From an uncultured Actinomycetota bacterium (GTDB taxonomy: Bacteria > Actinomycetota > Actinomycetes > Propionibacteriales > Propionibacteriaceae), in contig CAVQKU010000002.1 in NCBI GenBank assembly GCA_963713165.1, positions 566,845-630,844 on the forward strand: 64,000 nt of DNA, read 5' to 3'. Numbering within the stretch: position 1 is the first letter of the stretch; the number at the start of each line of letters is the position of its first letter. Below are positions 43,247-54,265 of the stretch, piece after piece. The notes beneath the pieces are model-generated. The model was not told the DNA's origin and searched no databases. It saw only the letters and a list, made by a program, of their open reading frames with translations. The position numbers and the translations under genes were made by a program.

Positions 43247-43333
43247 GGCCTCACCGTAGTCGCGGGGCCCGGCCCCGGCGGTGCGCGGCGCGACCGGCGG
43301 ATGTCCGCCGGCCGCACGGGAGGACCGGGGACG

Positions 43334-43369
43334 GCGCACCGGCCGGGTCCCCCACGCCGGCCGGTGCGC
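43334..43369 (-). terminator. GC-rich hairpin downstream of coaA
   Basis: 13-bp perfect stem gcgcaccggccgg/ccggccggtgcgc with a 10-nt loop. Confidence 0.5.
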
Positions 43370-43465
43370 ACGTCGGGGAGCAGGAGCGCGGCGGGACGGT
43401 CCTGATACACGGGCCCGGTCGCGGTCCGCGACCGCCGGAGGTGCCGGGACCCGCGCGCGGCGCGC

Positions 43466-44440
43466 TCAGACCTTGCGGATCCGCACCCACTCGACGCGGT
43501 GGTCGGCGCCCTTGCGCAGGATCGCCGTGGCCCGGCCGCGCGTCGGCAGGATGTTCTCGAGCAGATTGGGGCCGTTGATGCTGTCCCACAGGTGCTCGGC
43601 CCGGGCGACCGCCTGCTCGGCGGTCAGGTCGGCGTAGCGGGTGAAGTAGGAGCGCGGGTCGCGGAAGGCGGTCTCGCGCAGCGCCAGGAAGCGCGAGACG
43701 TACCAGGAGCGGATCTCCGCGGCGTCGGCGTCGACGTAGACCGAGAAGTCGAAGAAGTCGCTGACCGCGAGCCCGCTCGTGCCGTCGGCGCGGGCCACGG
43801 CGGGCTGGAGCACGTTGAGGCCCTCGACGATGAGGATGTCGGGGGAGCTGATGGTCTCTCGCCGGTCGGGGACGATGTCGTAGACGAGGTGGCTGTAGAC
43901 GGGCACGTCGACCTCGGTGCGCCCGGACTTGACGTCCATCACGAACTGCAGGAGCGCACGCCGGTCGTACGACTCGGGGAAGCCCTTGCGCTCCATCAGG
44001 CCGCGGCGCGCGAGCTCGACGTTCGGGTGCAGGAAGCCGTCGGTCGTCACCAGCGCGACCTTGGGGTGGCCGGGCCAGGCGGCCAGCAGCTCGCGCAGCA
44101 GGCGCGCGGTCGTCGACTTGCCCACCGCCACGGAACCGGCGATGCCGATGACGAACGGCGTGCGCCCGACCGAGAGGTGGAGGAAGGCGCCCGTGCTGCG
44201 GTGCAGCTCGCCGGTGAGGTCGACGTAGCGGGTGAGGAGGCCCGACAGCGGGAGGTAGACCTCGCGCACGTCCTCCAGCGAGGTCGGGTCGTCGAGCCCC
44301 CGGAGCCTCTCGAGCGTGGTGGTGTCGAGGGAGAAGTCCTCGAGCGCGTCGCTGGCCGCCAGGGCCGCCCAGTCCGCACGGCGGCGCTCCACGTACGGGC
44401 TCGACGGTGCCCCGACACCGAGCACGGGCGACTGCGTCAC
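43466..44440 (-). CDS. coaA: Type I pantothenate kinase
   Basis: [54 protein letters not shown]. Confidence 0.96.
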   Translation of the reverse strand: MTQSPVLGVGAPSSPYVERRRADWAALAASDALEDFSLDTTTLERLRGLDDPTSLEDVREVYLPLSGLLTRYVDLTGELHRSTGAFLHLSVGRTPFVIGIAGSVAVGKSTTARLLRELLAAWPGHPKVALVTTDGFLHPNVELARRGLMERKGFPESYDRRALLQFVMDVKSGRTEVDVPVYSHLVYDIVPDRRETISSPDILIVEGLNVLQPAVARADGTSGLAVSDFFDFSVYVDADAAEIRSWYVSRFLALRETAFRDPRSYFTRYADLTAEQAVARAEHLWDSINGPNLLENILPTRGRATAILRKGADHRVEWVRIRKV

Positions 44441-44558
44441 GGTCGGCCACAGTAGTGGTCGCGGGCGGGGAGGGGACCTCTCGCCACGGGGCGGGCGACG
44501 TGGCGGAGGTTTCCGTCGCTCCGGGGCCGGGCCGCCGCGCTCCCGTAGGCTGCGGCGC

Positions 44559-46403
44559 ATGTGCGGAATCGTCGGCTACGTCGGCCCGCGGCCGGCCCTC
44601 GGCGTGGTCGTCGAGGGCCTGCGCCGCCTGGAGTACCGCGGCTACGACTCCGCCGGCGTCGCCGTCGTCCAGGACTCCCGCCTGCACGTGGCCAAGAAGG
44701 CGGGCAAGATCGCCAACCTCGACGCCGAGCTGGCGGCGCGGCCGCTGCCCGCCGACGGCCTCGGCCTCGGCCACACCCGGTGGGCCACGCACGGCGGCCC
44801 GACCGACACCAACGCCCACCCGCACGTGTCCGCCGACGGGCGCGTGGCCGTGGTGCACAACGGGATCATCGAGAACTTCGCCGCGCTGCGCACCGAGCTC
44901 GCCGAGGACGGCATCACCTGCGTCTCCGAGACCGACACCGAGGTCGTCGCCCACCTGCTCGGCCGCCAGGTCTGCGCCGGGGTCGGGCTGCCCGAGGCGA
45001 TGCGGCTCGTGTGCCACCGGCTGCAGGGCGCGTTCACGCTCGTGGCGATCGACGCGCAGGGCCCGCGCCAGGTGGTCGCCGCCCGGCGGAACTCCCCGCT
45101 CGTGGTCGGCGTGGGGGAGGGTGAGAACTTCCTCGCCTCCGACGTCGCCGCCTTCATCGAGCACACCCGCGACGCGATCGAGCTCGGTCAGGACCAGGTG
45201 GTCGTGATCACCGACACCGACGTGACGGTCACCGACTTCGACGGCGCGCCGGCCGACGTCCGTCCCTTCCACGTCGACTGGGACCTGTCGGCCGCGGAGA
45301 AGGGCGGCTTCGACTGGTTCATGCGCAAGGAGATCTACGAGCAGCCGAAGGCCGTCGCCGACACCCTCCTCGGCCGCCACGACGAGGCGGGGCGGCTGAT
45401 GCTCGACGAGGTGCGGATCTCCGAGGAGGAGCTGCGCCGCATCGACAAGATCATCATCATCGCCTGCGGCACCGCCTCGTACGCCGGGCTCGTCGCCAAG
45501 TACGCGATCGAGCACTGGACCCGCATCCCCTGCGAGGTCGAGCTGGCCAGCGAGTTCCGCTACCGCGACCCGATCGTCGGGCCGACGACCCTGGTCGTCG
45601 CGGTCAGCCAGTCGGGCGAGACCGCGGACACGCTGATGGCCATCCGCCACGCCCGCGAGCAGCGCGCGCGCGTGCTGGCGGTCTGCAACACCAACGGCTC
45701 GACGATCCCGCGCGAGTCCGACGCGGTCATCTACACGCGGGCCGGTCCCGAGATCGGCGTGGCCTCGACCAAGGGGTTCCTCACCCAGGTCGTGGCCTGC
45801 TACCTCCTCGGGCTCTACCTCGCCCAGGTGCGGGGCACGAAGTTCGGCGACGAGATCGCCGCGGTGATGGCCGAGCTGGCCACCATGCCCGACGCGATCG
45901 CCCGCGTGCTCGAGGACATGGACCCCGTGCTCAAGCTGGCCGCGGACTTCGTCGACGAGCCGTCGGTGCTCTTCCTCGGGCGCCACGTGGGCTACCCGGT
46001 GGCGCTGGAGGGCGCGCTCAAGCTCAAGGAGCTCGCCTACATCCACGCCGAGGGCTTCGCCGCCGGCGAGCTCAAGCACGGCCCGATCGCGCTCATCGAG
46101 GACGGCCTGCCGGTCTTCGTGGTGATCCCGCCGCGGGGGCGCGACATGCTCCACGACAAGGTGCTGTCGAACCTGCAGGAGGTCCGCGCCCGGGGCGCGC
46201 GCACGATCGTGCTCGCCGAGGCCGACGACCACGAGGTGCTGCCCTACGCCGACGTCCTCGTCCCGCTGCCGAAGGTCTCGACCCTGCTGCAGCCGCTGGT
46301 CGCCACCGTGCCGCTGCAGATGTTCGCCTGCGAGCTCGCCACCCGCAAGGGCCACGACGTCGACCAGCCCCGGAACCTGGCCAAGTCCGTCACCGTCGAG
46401 TGA
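44559..46403 (+). CDS. glmS: Glutamine--fructose-6-phosphate aminotransferase
   Basis: [54 protein letters not shown]. Confidence 0.97.
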   Translation: MCGIVGYVGPRPALGVVVEGLRRLEYRGYDSAGVAVVQDSRLHVAKKAGKIANLDAELAARPLPADGLGLGHTRWATHGGPTDTNAHPHVSADGRVAVVHNGIIENFAALRTELAEDGITCVSETDTEVVAHLLGRQVCAGVGLPEAMRLVCHRLQGAFTLVAIDAQGPRQVVAARRNSPLVVGVGEGENFLASDVAAFIEHTRDAIELGQDQVVVITDTDVTVTDFDGAPADVRPFHVDWDLSAAEKGGFDWFMRKEIYEQPKAVADTLLGRHDEAGRLMLDEVRISEEELRRIDKIIIIACGTASYAGLVAKYAIEHWTRIPCEVELASEFRYRDPIVGPTTLVVAVSQSGETADTLMAIRHAREQRARVLAVCNTNGSTIPRESDAVIYTRAGPEIGVASTKGFLTQVVACYLLGLYLAQVRGTKFGDEIAAVMAELATMPDAIARVLEDMDPVLKLAADFVDEPSVLFLGRHVGYPVALEGALKLKELAYIHAEGFAAGELKHGPIALIEDGLPVFVVIPPRGRDMLHDKVLSNLQEVRARGARTIVLAEADDHEVLPYADVLVPLPKVSTLLQPLVATVPLQMFACELATRKGHDVDQPRNLAKSVTVE

Positions 46404-46440
46404 CCCCTCGCTGCGCCCCGCCTCCCGTCCCCTGGGGGGC

Positions 46441-46502
46441 GTCGGTTCACCACGTCAACGTGGTGGACCGACCGTGACCGTGGCAGATGTGCCGGGGTCA
46501 CG
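46441..46502. repeat. Second locus of the hairpin A + linker B repeat
   Basis: gtcggttcaccacgt-ca-acgtggtggaccgac (15-bp stem) followed by the hairpin cgtgaccgtggca-gatg-tgccggggtcacg; colinear with 6809-6870. Confidence 0.8.
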
Positions 46503-46571
46503 GGCCGTTTTCCCGGGTCACCGACGGGACGGGGCAGGGCGCGTACGGCTCCTCCGGCGCGGGGTGCGCCG

Positions 46572-46922
46572 GTGATCGTCGGCGTGGGCATCGACGTCTG
46601 CGACGTCGAGCGCTTCGGGCAGACCATCGCCCGGCGCCCCGGTCTCGTACGCCGTCTCTTCACGCCCGCGGAGGCCGAGCGGCCGGTGGCGTCGCTGGCC
46701 GCACGGTTCGCGGCCAAGGAGGCGCTGGCCAAGGCGCTCGGGGCGCCGCAGGGCATGTCCTGGCAGGACGCCGAGGTCGTCACCGACGAGCGCGGGCGCC
46801 CGACGTTCGTGGTGCGGGGGACGGTGGCCGCGCAGGCCGAGGCCGCGGGCATCACGTCGATCCACGTCAGCCTGTCCCACGACGCCGGCATCGCCTCCGC
46901 CGTCGTCGTCTGCGAGGGCTGA
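46572..46922 (+). CDS. acpS: Holo-ACP synthase
   Basis: [31 protein letters not shown]. Confidence 0.95.
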   Translation: MIVGVGIDVCDVERFGQTIARRPGLVRRLFTPAEAERPVASLAARFAAKEALAKALGAPQGMSWQDAEVVTDERGRPTFVVRGTVAAQAEAAGITSIHVSLSHDAGIASAVVVCEG

Positions 46923-46945
46923 GCGCGCTGGATAGGGTCGGGGGC

Positions 46946-48373
46946 GTGCAGGCCTTCACCGTCGAGCAGGTCCGCCGTCTCGAGGCGGCGGCGATGGGTG
47001 CCCACGACGACGGGACCCTGATGCAGCGCGCCGCGACGGGGCTCGCGGCGGTGCTGCTCGAGGAGCTCCGGCAGCGCGCCGGGCGGACGTACGGCGCCCG
47101 CGTGCTCGTGCTGGTCGGTCCCGGCAACAACGGCGGGGACGCCCTGTGGGCCGGCGCCCGCCTCGCGCGACGCGGCGTCCGGGTCGACGCGGTCGGCGTG
47201 CTCGGCACGCCGCACGCGGAGGGGCTCGCGGGCCTGCGCGCGGCCGGCGGCCGGGTGGTCGCGACGGACGACCTGGGCGACCTGGCCGCGTACGACCTCG
47301 CCGTCGACGGGGTCCTCGGCATCGGCGGCCGTCCCGGCCTGCCCGACGACGTCGCCGACCTGGTCTCCCGCCTCGACGCCGCGCGCCTGCCCGTCGTCGC
47401 CGTCGACCTGCCCTCGGGCGTCGTGGCCGACACCGGCGCCGTCCCGGGGCCCGCGGTCACCGCGGCCGTCACGGTGACCTTCGGCGTGCTCAAGGTCGGC
47501 CACCTCCTCGAACCCGCCCGGAGCCGCACGGGGCGGCTCGTCTGCGTCGACATCGGGCTGGACACCACTCCCGAGGAGCCGGAGCTCGACGCCTGGGACG
47601 CCGAGCGCGTCGTCGACGCCTGGCCGTGGCCCGCGCCACGCAGCGACAAGTACGCCAAGGGCGTGGTCGGGGTCGACTGCGGCTCCGAGACCTACCCCGG
47701 CGCCGGGATCATGGCCACGTACGGCGCGGTGCACGGCGGGGCGGGCATGGTGCGGTTCCTCGGCCCGGCCTCGGCGCGCGGCACGATCACCGCGAACCTC
47801 CCCGACGTCGTCTTCGCCCCCGGTCGCGTCCAGGCGCACCTGCTCGGCTCGGGCTGGGGCGAGCGCCCCGACGGGGACCAGGCCGTCGCCGACGCCGTCG
47901 CCTCCGGCGTGCCGGGCGTCCTGGACGCCGACGGCATCGGCCACCGGCCCGCCCGGCTGCCGGCGACCTGGCTGCTGACCCCGCACGCCGGCGAGCTGGC
48001 CCGGCTGCTCGGCGTGGAGCGCTCCACGGTGGAGGGCGACCCGCTGGCCGCCGTCCGCGCCGGGGCCGAGCGCACCGGGGCGACCGTGCTGCTGAAGGGC
48101 TCCACCCAGCTCGTCGCCCGCCCGGGCAGGCACACGGTCGACGTCGCGGTGCCCGGACCGTCCTGGACCGGCCGTGCCGGTTCGGGCGACACGCTCGGCG
48201 GGCTCTGCGCCGCGGTGCTCGCCGCCGGCCGCCCGGCCCACGAGGCGGCGGTGCTCGCGGCGTCGCTGCAGGCGCTGACCGCCGCGGCGCACCCCGGGCC
48301 GCTGCCGCCGCACGTCCTGGCCGAGCGGTGCGCCGAACGGCTCGGTGCCTGGTGGCAGGAGCGGCACCCGTGA
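46946..48373 (+). CDS. nnr: Bifunctional NAD(P)H-hydrate epimerase/dehydratase
   Basis: LVGPGNNGGD, DGVLGIG, AVDLPSG, DKYAKG, LDADG, LTPHAGE, LLKG, AGSGDTL. Confidence 0.92.
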   Translation: MQAFTVEQVRRLEAAAMGAHDDGTLMQRAATGLAAVLLEELRQRAGRTYGARVLVLVGPGNNGGDALWAGARLARRGVRVDAVGVLGTPHAEGLAGLRAAGGRVVATDDLGDLAAYDLAVDGVLGIGGRPGLPDDVADLVSRLDAARLPVVAVDLPSGVVADTGAVPGPAVTAAVTVTFGVLKVGHLLEPARSRTGRLVCVDIGLDTTPEEPELDAWDAERVVDAWPWPAPRSDKYAKGVVGVDCGSETYPGAGIMATYGAVHGGAGMVRFLGPASARGTITANLPDVVFAPGRVQAHLLGSGWGERPDGDQAVADAVASGVPGVLDADGIGHRPARLPATWLLTPHAGELARLLGVERSTVEGDPLAAVRAGAERTGATVLLKGSTQLVARPGRHTVDVAVPGPSWTGRAGSGDTLGGLCAAVLAAGRPAHEAAVLAASLQALTAAAHPGPLPPHVLAERCAERLGAWWQERHP

Positions 48374-49599
48374 GCGTCGGAGCCGCCGCGCAGGTCGGCC
48401 CCGTCGTCCAGGTCGGCCAGGCCGCCGGGTCCGCGATCGACCCGACGACCGCCAGCGCCGACGTCGACCTCGCCGCCCTCCGCGCCAACGTCGCCGCGAT
48501 CGCCGCGCACGTCGGGGGTGCCGCGCTGATGGTCGTGGTCAAGGCCGACGCGTACGGCCACGGCATGCTCGTGTGCGCCCGCGAGGCCCGCGCGTCCGGG
48601 GCGGGCTGGCTCGGGGTCGCGACGCCGGGGGAGGCGCTCGCGCTGCGCGCCGCCGGCGACGTCGGGCCGCTGCTGTGCTGGCTCTACGGCCCGACCGAGG
48701 ACCTCAGCCCGTTGGTCGCCGCCGACGTCGACGTGTCCGCGGCCAGCCCCGAGGACGTCTCGCGGCTCGCGGCGGCGGCCGCCGTCGCCGAACGACCCGC
48801 CCGCGTGCACCTCAAGGTCGACACCGGGCTCACCCGCAACGGCGCGCCCGAGCCGGGCTGGGACGACCTGTTCGCGGCGGCCGCCGAGGCCGAGGGCGCC
48901 GGCGCGCTCCGCCTCGTCGGCCTCTGGTCGCACCTGGTCGCGGCCGACGAGCCGGGCCACCCCTCGGTCCGGGTCCAGCTCGCGGCCTTCGACCGGGCCT
49001 ACCAGCGCGCGCGGCTCGCCGGGCTCGAGCCCGAGCTGCGCCACCTGGCCAACTCCGCCGGCGCGCTGGTCGTGCCGGAGGCCCGCTTCGACCTCGTCCG
49101 GGTCGGCATCGCCGCGTACGGGGTGGAGCCCGCGCCCGGGCTGGCCGCGCTCGCCGGGGTCGCGCTGACCCCGGTCATGCGGCTGCGCGCCCAGCTCGCG
49201 CTGGTCAAGGCGATCCCGACCGGCGCCGGCGTCTCGTACGGCTGGACGTGGACCGCGCCCGAGGACACCGTCGTCGGGCTGGTCCCGCTCGGCTACGCCG
49301 ACGGCGTCCCGCGCCACGCCGGCAACGTCGCCGAGGTCGCGGTCCACGGTCGGCGCGCACCGGTGCGCGGGCGGATCTGCATGGACCAGCTCGTCGTCGA
49401 GCTCGGCCCGGGCGCGCGCGAGGAGCCGGGCGACGAGGTGACGCTGTTCGGCGCCGGGCCGGACGTGCCGACGGCGGCCGACTGGGCTGCGGTCTGCGGC
49501 ACGATCGGCTACGAGGTCGTGACCCGCGTCGGCGCACGCGTGCCGCGCCGCTACCTGAACGCCTCGGCGGCCGCGGCCACCGGTCGGGCGGAGCGCTGA
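48370..49599 (+). CDS. alr: Alanine racemase
   Basis: MVVVKADAYGHG, HLKVDTGLTRNG, HLANSAG, VSYG, LGYADG, GRICMDQ. Confidence 0.96.
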   Translation: MSVGAAAQVGPVVQVGQAAGSAIDPTTASADVDLAALRANVAAIAAHVGGAALMVVVKADAYGHGMLVCAREARASGAGWLGVATPGEALALRAAGDVGPLLCWLYGPTEDLSPLVAADVDVSAASPEDVSRLAAAAAVAERPARVHLKVDTGLTRNGAPEPGWDDLFAAAAEAEGAGALRLVGLWSHLVAADEPGHPSVRVQLAAFDRAYQRARLAGLEPELRHLANSAGALVVPEARFDLVRVGIAAYGVEPAPGLAALAGVALTPVMRLRAQLALVKAIPTGAGVSYGWTWTAPEDTVVGLVPLGYADGVPRHAGNVAEVAVHGRRAPVRGRICMDQLVVELGPGAREEPGDEVTLFGAGPDVPTAADWAAVCGTIGYEVVTRVGARVPRRYLNASAAAATGRAER

Positions 49600-50858
49600 T
49601 GGCCCCGCGCGACCTCCTCGGCAGCGCCGCTCGTGCCCTCCGTGCGCGACCACGGCGCCCCCTCGGGCGCGCGGCCGCGCCCCGGCTCCCGCGCCGGCCG
49701 GCCGGCGGGCCGGGTGGAGGGCTCGGAGGCGGCCTGGGGGCCGGGATCGGCCTCGTCGCCGGCGTGCTCGCCCTCGCCGCCGGCGGCGTCGCCGCCGGGC
49801 TCGAGCTGGAGAAGCGGGTCGTGAGCAAGCGGATCGGCCGCGCGAGCACCGAGGACGTCGAGATCGTCCCGCCGCGCTCGGACGGGCCGGCCCTGCGCAC
49901 CCCCGACGGGGTCCCGCTGCACGTCGAGGTCGACGAGCGGGCCGAGGACCCGGCGGCCGCGTACGGCAACGCGCTGCCGCCGCTGCCCGAGGACGCGCCG
50001 ACCCTGGTGCTGGTCCACGGCTACGCGCTGAGCATGGACTGCTGGCTCTACCAGCGCGAGCACTTCCGCGGCCGGGTGCGCGAGGTGCTCTACGACCAGC
50101 GCTCCCACGGCCGGTCGGGGCACTCGTCGGCGGAGTTCTGCCGCGTCCCGCAGCTCGCCGAGGACCTGCGCCAGGTGCTCGCCGAGGTCACGGACGACGG
50201 CCCCGTGGTGCTCGTCGGCCACTCGATGGGCGCGATGACGATCATGCACCTGGCGCTGTCCCACCCCGACCTGTTCGGCCCGCAGGTCAAGGGCGTCGCG
50301 CTCTTCTCCACCTCGGCGGGAGAGCTGGCCGACCACTCGCCGGTGCGGGCGATCCCCGGGCGGGTCTTCTCGCGGGTCACGCCGCCGCTGCTCGCCGGGC
50401 TCAACCGGGTGCCCGAGCTCGTCGAGCGCAGCCGCCGGGCCGGGACCGACCTCGGCTTCGTGGTGACGAAGCGGATGGCCTTCGGCTCCGACGTGCCCGC
50501 GAACCTCGTCGAGCTCACCAGCGCGATGCTGGGGGAGACGTCGCTGGAGGTCGTCGCCGACTTCTACCCCACCTTCTCCGAGCTCGACGAGTACGAGGCG
50601 TTCACGGTGCTGAACCAGGTGCCCTGCGCGGTCGTCGGCGGGCTCGACGACGTGATCACGCCCATCGAGCACACCGACACGATCATCGAGCTGATGCCGC
50701 ACGCCGTCGCGCTGCGGGTCGAGGACTGCGGGCACCTCGGCCTGATGGAGCACCCCGACGCCTTCAACGCCGTCCTCGACGACCTGTACGCCCGCGTGCA
50801 GGAGCGCGCCGACGGCCGCGCGAGCGGTACCGGCGCGGAGGCCGGGCAGCGTGCCTGA
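49599..50858 (+). CDS. Alpha/beta hydrolase with N-terminal TM segment
   Basis: LVHGY, YDQRSHGRS, GHSMG nucleophile elbow, DVITP, CGH. Confidence 0.9.
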   Translation: MAPRDLLGSAARALRARPRRPLGRAAAPRLPRRPAGGPGGGLGGGLGAGIGLVAGVLALAAGGVAAGLELEKRVVSKRIGRASTEDVEIVPPRSDGPALRTPDGVPLHVEVDERAEDPAAAYGNALPPLPEDAPTLVLVHGYALSMDCWLYQREHFRGRVREVLYDQRSHGRSGHSSAEFCRVPQLAEDLRQVLAEVTDDGPVVLVGHSMGAMTIMHLALSHPDLFGPQVKGVALFSTSAGELADHSPVRAIPGRVFSRVTPPLLAGLNRVPELVERSRRAGTDLGFVVTKRMAFGSDVPANLVELTSAMLGETSLEVVADFYPTFSELDEYEAFTVLNQVPCAVVGGLDDVITPIEHTDTIIELMPHAVALRVEDCGHLGLMEHPDAFNAVLDDLYARVQERADGRASGTGAEAGQRA

Positions 50859-51489
50859 GTCCGTCCGCGCCGCGACCGCCGACCTGGTCGCCAGGGCCGC
50901 GGACCTCGCCGCCGCTCCTCGCCGGGTGCTCCTGGGGATCACGGGGCCGCCCGGTGCGGGCAAGACCACGCTGGCCCGCGCGGTCGTCGGCGCCCTGGGT
51001 CCGCAGCGCGCGGTGCTGGTGCCCATGGACGGGTTCCACCTCGCCGACCCCACGCTGGTCGCCTGGGGGAGCCGCGACCGCAAGGGGGCGCCGGACACCT
51101 TCGACGTCGGTGGCTACGTCTCGCTGCTCCGCCGCCTGCGCGACCAGCAGGAGGCGTACGTGCACGCGCCCGAGTTCGACCGGGCCAGCGAGACGTCGTG
51201 GGGCTCCGCGATCCCGGTGGCCCGTGAGGTCCCCCTCGTGGTCACCGAGGGCAACTACCTGCTCAGCGACGAGGGCGCCTGGGCCGGGGTGGCGCCGCTG
51301 CTCGACCAGGTGTGGTTCGTCGACGTGCCCGACCCCGTACGGATCGAGCGGCTCGTGCGCCGGCGCGAGGACCACGGCGCCGACCGCGCGGAGGCGCTGG
51401 CCTGGGCGACCGGGAGCGACCAGGTCAACGCCGACGTCGTGACGGGCACGCGCGAGCGCGCGGACCTCGTGGTGACGCTCGACGGCTGA
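50851..51489 (+). CDS. P-loop nucleoside/nucleotide kinase (uridine kinase/FrcK-like)
   Basis: GITGPPGAGKTT, MDGFH, KGAPDTFD, TEGNYLL. Confidence 0.85.
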   Translation: MPESVRAATADLVARAADLAAAPRRVLLGITGPPGAGKTTLARAVVGALGPQRAVLVPMDGFHLADPTLVAWGSRDRKGAPDTFDVGGYVSLLRRLRDQQEAYVHAPEFDRASETSWGSAIPVAREVPLVVTEGNYLLSDEGAWAGVAPLLDQVWFVDVPDPVRIERLVRRREDHGADRAEALAWATGSDQVNADVVTGTRERADLVVTLDG

Positions 51490-51760
51490 CGTGGAGGGAG
51501 AGCGGCCGCGGTCCGGCTCCCGGTCGGGTGAGCGACGTGCCCAGGTCAGGGGAGGCCGTTTCGACCTCGAGGGTCGAAGACTGTACAGTGGTGACCACCC
51601 GAGCGGAACCTCCACCTTCGGGACACCCCGCGCCCTCCACCGAGAGCGGCGCACCTGGGTTCGTCTTCCCTCTCCTGCGCACATCGTCGTTGCAGTCGAT
51701 CACGGTCGTTGACGTACCTGACCGAGATCCCCCGACCCCGGGGAGAGAAACGAGTGACGC

Positions 51761-54140
51761 ATGTCCCCGAAGTCCCAGGGTGCCGACGGCATCCCCAAGA
51801 AGCGCTGGTCGGCCGCCGAGCGCGCCGCCCGCGGCCACACGCCGCGCCGCACCGGTGGCAAGCCCCGCGCACCCCTGCGCGGCGGCCCCGCCCGTGACGC
51901 CAGCAGCTCCCGTGGGGGCGACACCGGCCGCGCCCGTGGCGAGTGGTCGACCCGCCCGCCCCGCGACGACCGTCCGCAGCGTGACGACCGTCCCGCCTAC
52001 GGCCGCAGCGACCGTCCCTCGTACGGCCGCGACGACCGCCCCGCGTTCAACCGCGACGACCGCTCGCGCGGTCGCGGCGATCGTCCGGCGTCCAACCGGG
52101 ACGACCGCCCTGCGTACAGCCGTGACGACCGCCCGCAGCGCGGCCGCGACGACCGCCCGGCGTACAGCCGTGACGACCGTCCGGCGTACAACCGGGACGA
52201 CCGTCCGGCGTACAACCGGGACGACCGTCCGGCGACGACCGTGACGACCGTCCGGCGTACAACCGTGACGACCGTCCGGCGTACAACCGCGACGACCGTC
52301 CGGCGTACAACCGTGACGACCGTCCCGCGTACAACCGCGACGACCGGTCGTCCTACAGCCGCGACGACCGCCCGCGCGGTCGCGACGACCGCCCTGCGTA
52401 CAACCGCGACGACCGTCCGCAGCGCAGCCGCGACGACCGCCCTGCGTACAACCGCGGCGACCGTCCGTCGTACGACACGGTACCGCGACGACCCGGTCCC
52501 CGTCCTACAACCGCGACGACCGTCCGTCGTCCGACCGGGACGACCGGGCGAGGCGCGACGACCGGCCCCAGCGCACCGCGTCGGGGCGTCCGTCCTTCTT
52601 CGACTCCTACGACGACAAGCGTCCGGCCAACCGGGCGTACGCCGAGCGGTCCGACCGCTCGCACCACGCGTCGTCCCCCCGCATCACCAAGGTCCGCCCG
52701 CCCCGCGAGCGTGACTCCGAGCGCGAGCCCGAGCTCGTTCAGGTCGAGGAGACCGCAGTGACACCCACCCCCGCCTTCGAGGGCACGTTCGCCGACCTCG
52801 GTCTGCCCGCGAACCTCGTCAGCACCCTCGAGCAGTCCGGCATCGCGACGCCCTTCGCGATCCAGGCGGCGACGATCCCGGACGCCCTGGCCGGGCGCGA
52901 CGTCCTCGGCCGCGGCCAGACGGGGTCGGGCAAGACGCTCGCCTTCGGCCTGCCGATGATCGCCAACCTCACCGACGGCTCCGGCGGCAAGCCGCCCCGC
53001 GGTCTGGTGCTGGTGCCGACGCGCGAGCTGGCCATGCAGGTCAACGAGGCGCTCGAGCCGCTCGCCCGGGTCGCCGGGCTCTCGACCGTCCTCATCGCCG
53101 GCGGCATGTCCTACGTCCCGCAGCTGCGGGCCTTCTCCCGCGGCGTCGACATCGTCATCGCCACCCCGGGCCGGCTCATCGACCTCATGGAGCAGGGCGA
53201 GCTCGACCTGAGCAAGGTCGAGGTCACCGTGCTCGACGAGGCCGACCACATGGCCGACCTCGGCTTCCTGCCGGCCGTCACGACGATCCTCGACACCGTG
53301 CCGAGCGGCGGCCAGCGGCTGCTCTTCTCGGCGACGCTCGACTCCGGCGTCGGTCGCATCGTGCGGCAGTACCTGGTCGACCCCGTCACCCACGAGGTCG
53401 ACTCGGCCAAGGCCAGCGTCACGACCATGAGCCACCTGATGGTCCAGGTCGCGCCGCACGACAAGGCGCCGCTGACCGCCGAGATCGCCGCCCGCGAGGG
53501 CCGCACGATCGTCTTCGTCCGCACCCAGCGCGGCGCGGACCGCGTCGCCGAGCAGCTGCGCGAGGCCGGCGTCATGGCCGGTGCGCTCCACGGCGGCCTG
53601 ACCCAGGGCGCCCGGACCCGCATCCTCGAGGCGTTCAAGGAGGGGTCCGTCCCCGCCCTCGTCGCGACCGACGTCGCGGCCCGCGGCATCCACGTCGACG
53701 ACGTCGGCCTGGTGCTCCAGGTCGACCCGCCGGCGGGCCCGAAGGACTACCTGCACCGCGCCGGCCGTACGGCTCGTGCCGGCGGCACCGGCGTCGTGGT
53801 CAGCCTCGTGCTGCCGCACCAGCGCCGAGACGTCACCCGCCTGCTCAACCAGGCGGCCGTGACGGCGGACCTGATCGTCGGCACCCCCGGCGACGAGGAG
53901 CTGGGCACCGTCACCGGCGGGCGTCAGCCGTCGTACGCCGCGGTCTCCGAGTCCGCCTTCCGGGCGATCATCGACCCGCCGGCGAAGCGCCCGGGCCGCG
54001 CCCGTCGGCCCGGTGGCCCGGGTGGTCCCCGCGGCGGTGGCCAGGGCGGCCACGGTGGCCCGCGCGGCGCCCGGCCGCCGCGCCGCGGTCCGCGCACCGA
54101 CCGCCAGCCCCGGTCCGAGACCTGGGGCGCCCAGGCCTGA
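51761..54140 (+). CDS. DEAD-box RNA helicase with a long repetitive N-terminal extension (frameshifted in this sequence); core ORF 52758-54140
   Basis: Q motif PFAIQ, GQTGSGKT, PTRELA, DEAD, LFSAT, VAARG and HRAGRT in 52758-54140; the same frame is open back to about 52503; RDDRPAYN repeats run through three frames from 51761. Confidence 0.85.
51962..52530 (+). repeat. Imperfect 24-bp coding tandem repeat (RDDRPAYN)
   Basis: cgt gac gac cgt ccg gcg tac aac and variants, more than 12 copies. Confidence 0.9.
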
Positions 54141-54265
54141 CCCGCCCACGGGCACCACGCACGACCCAGGAGCGGCACCCACCTCTGCGGAGGTGGGTGC
54201 CGCTGCGGCGTTCACCCTGCGCTCGCCGACCGGGGCGCGCGGACGGTGCCAGTAACCTCGCTGCC

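Noticed and set aside
44441-44558. glmS ribozyme
   Set aside because: The -10 box lies 7 nt before the ATG (leaderless), leaving no room; the ribozyme is mainly a Firmicutes feature.
51962-52530. Regular 24-bp repeats as a possible CRISPR array
   Set aside because: There are no unique spacers, variation is at synonymous positions, the repeats encode RDDRPAYN, and no cas genes are present.
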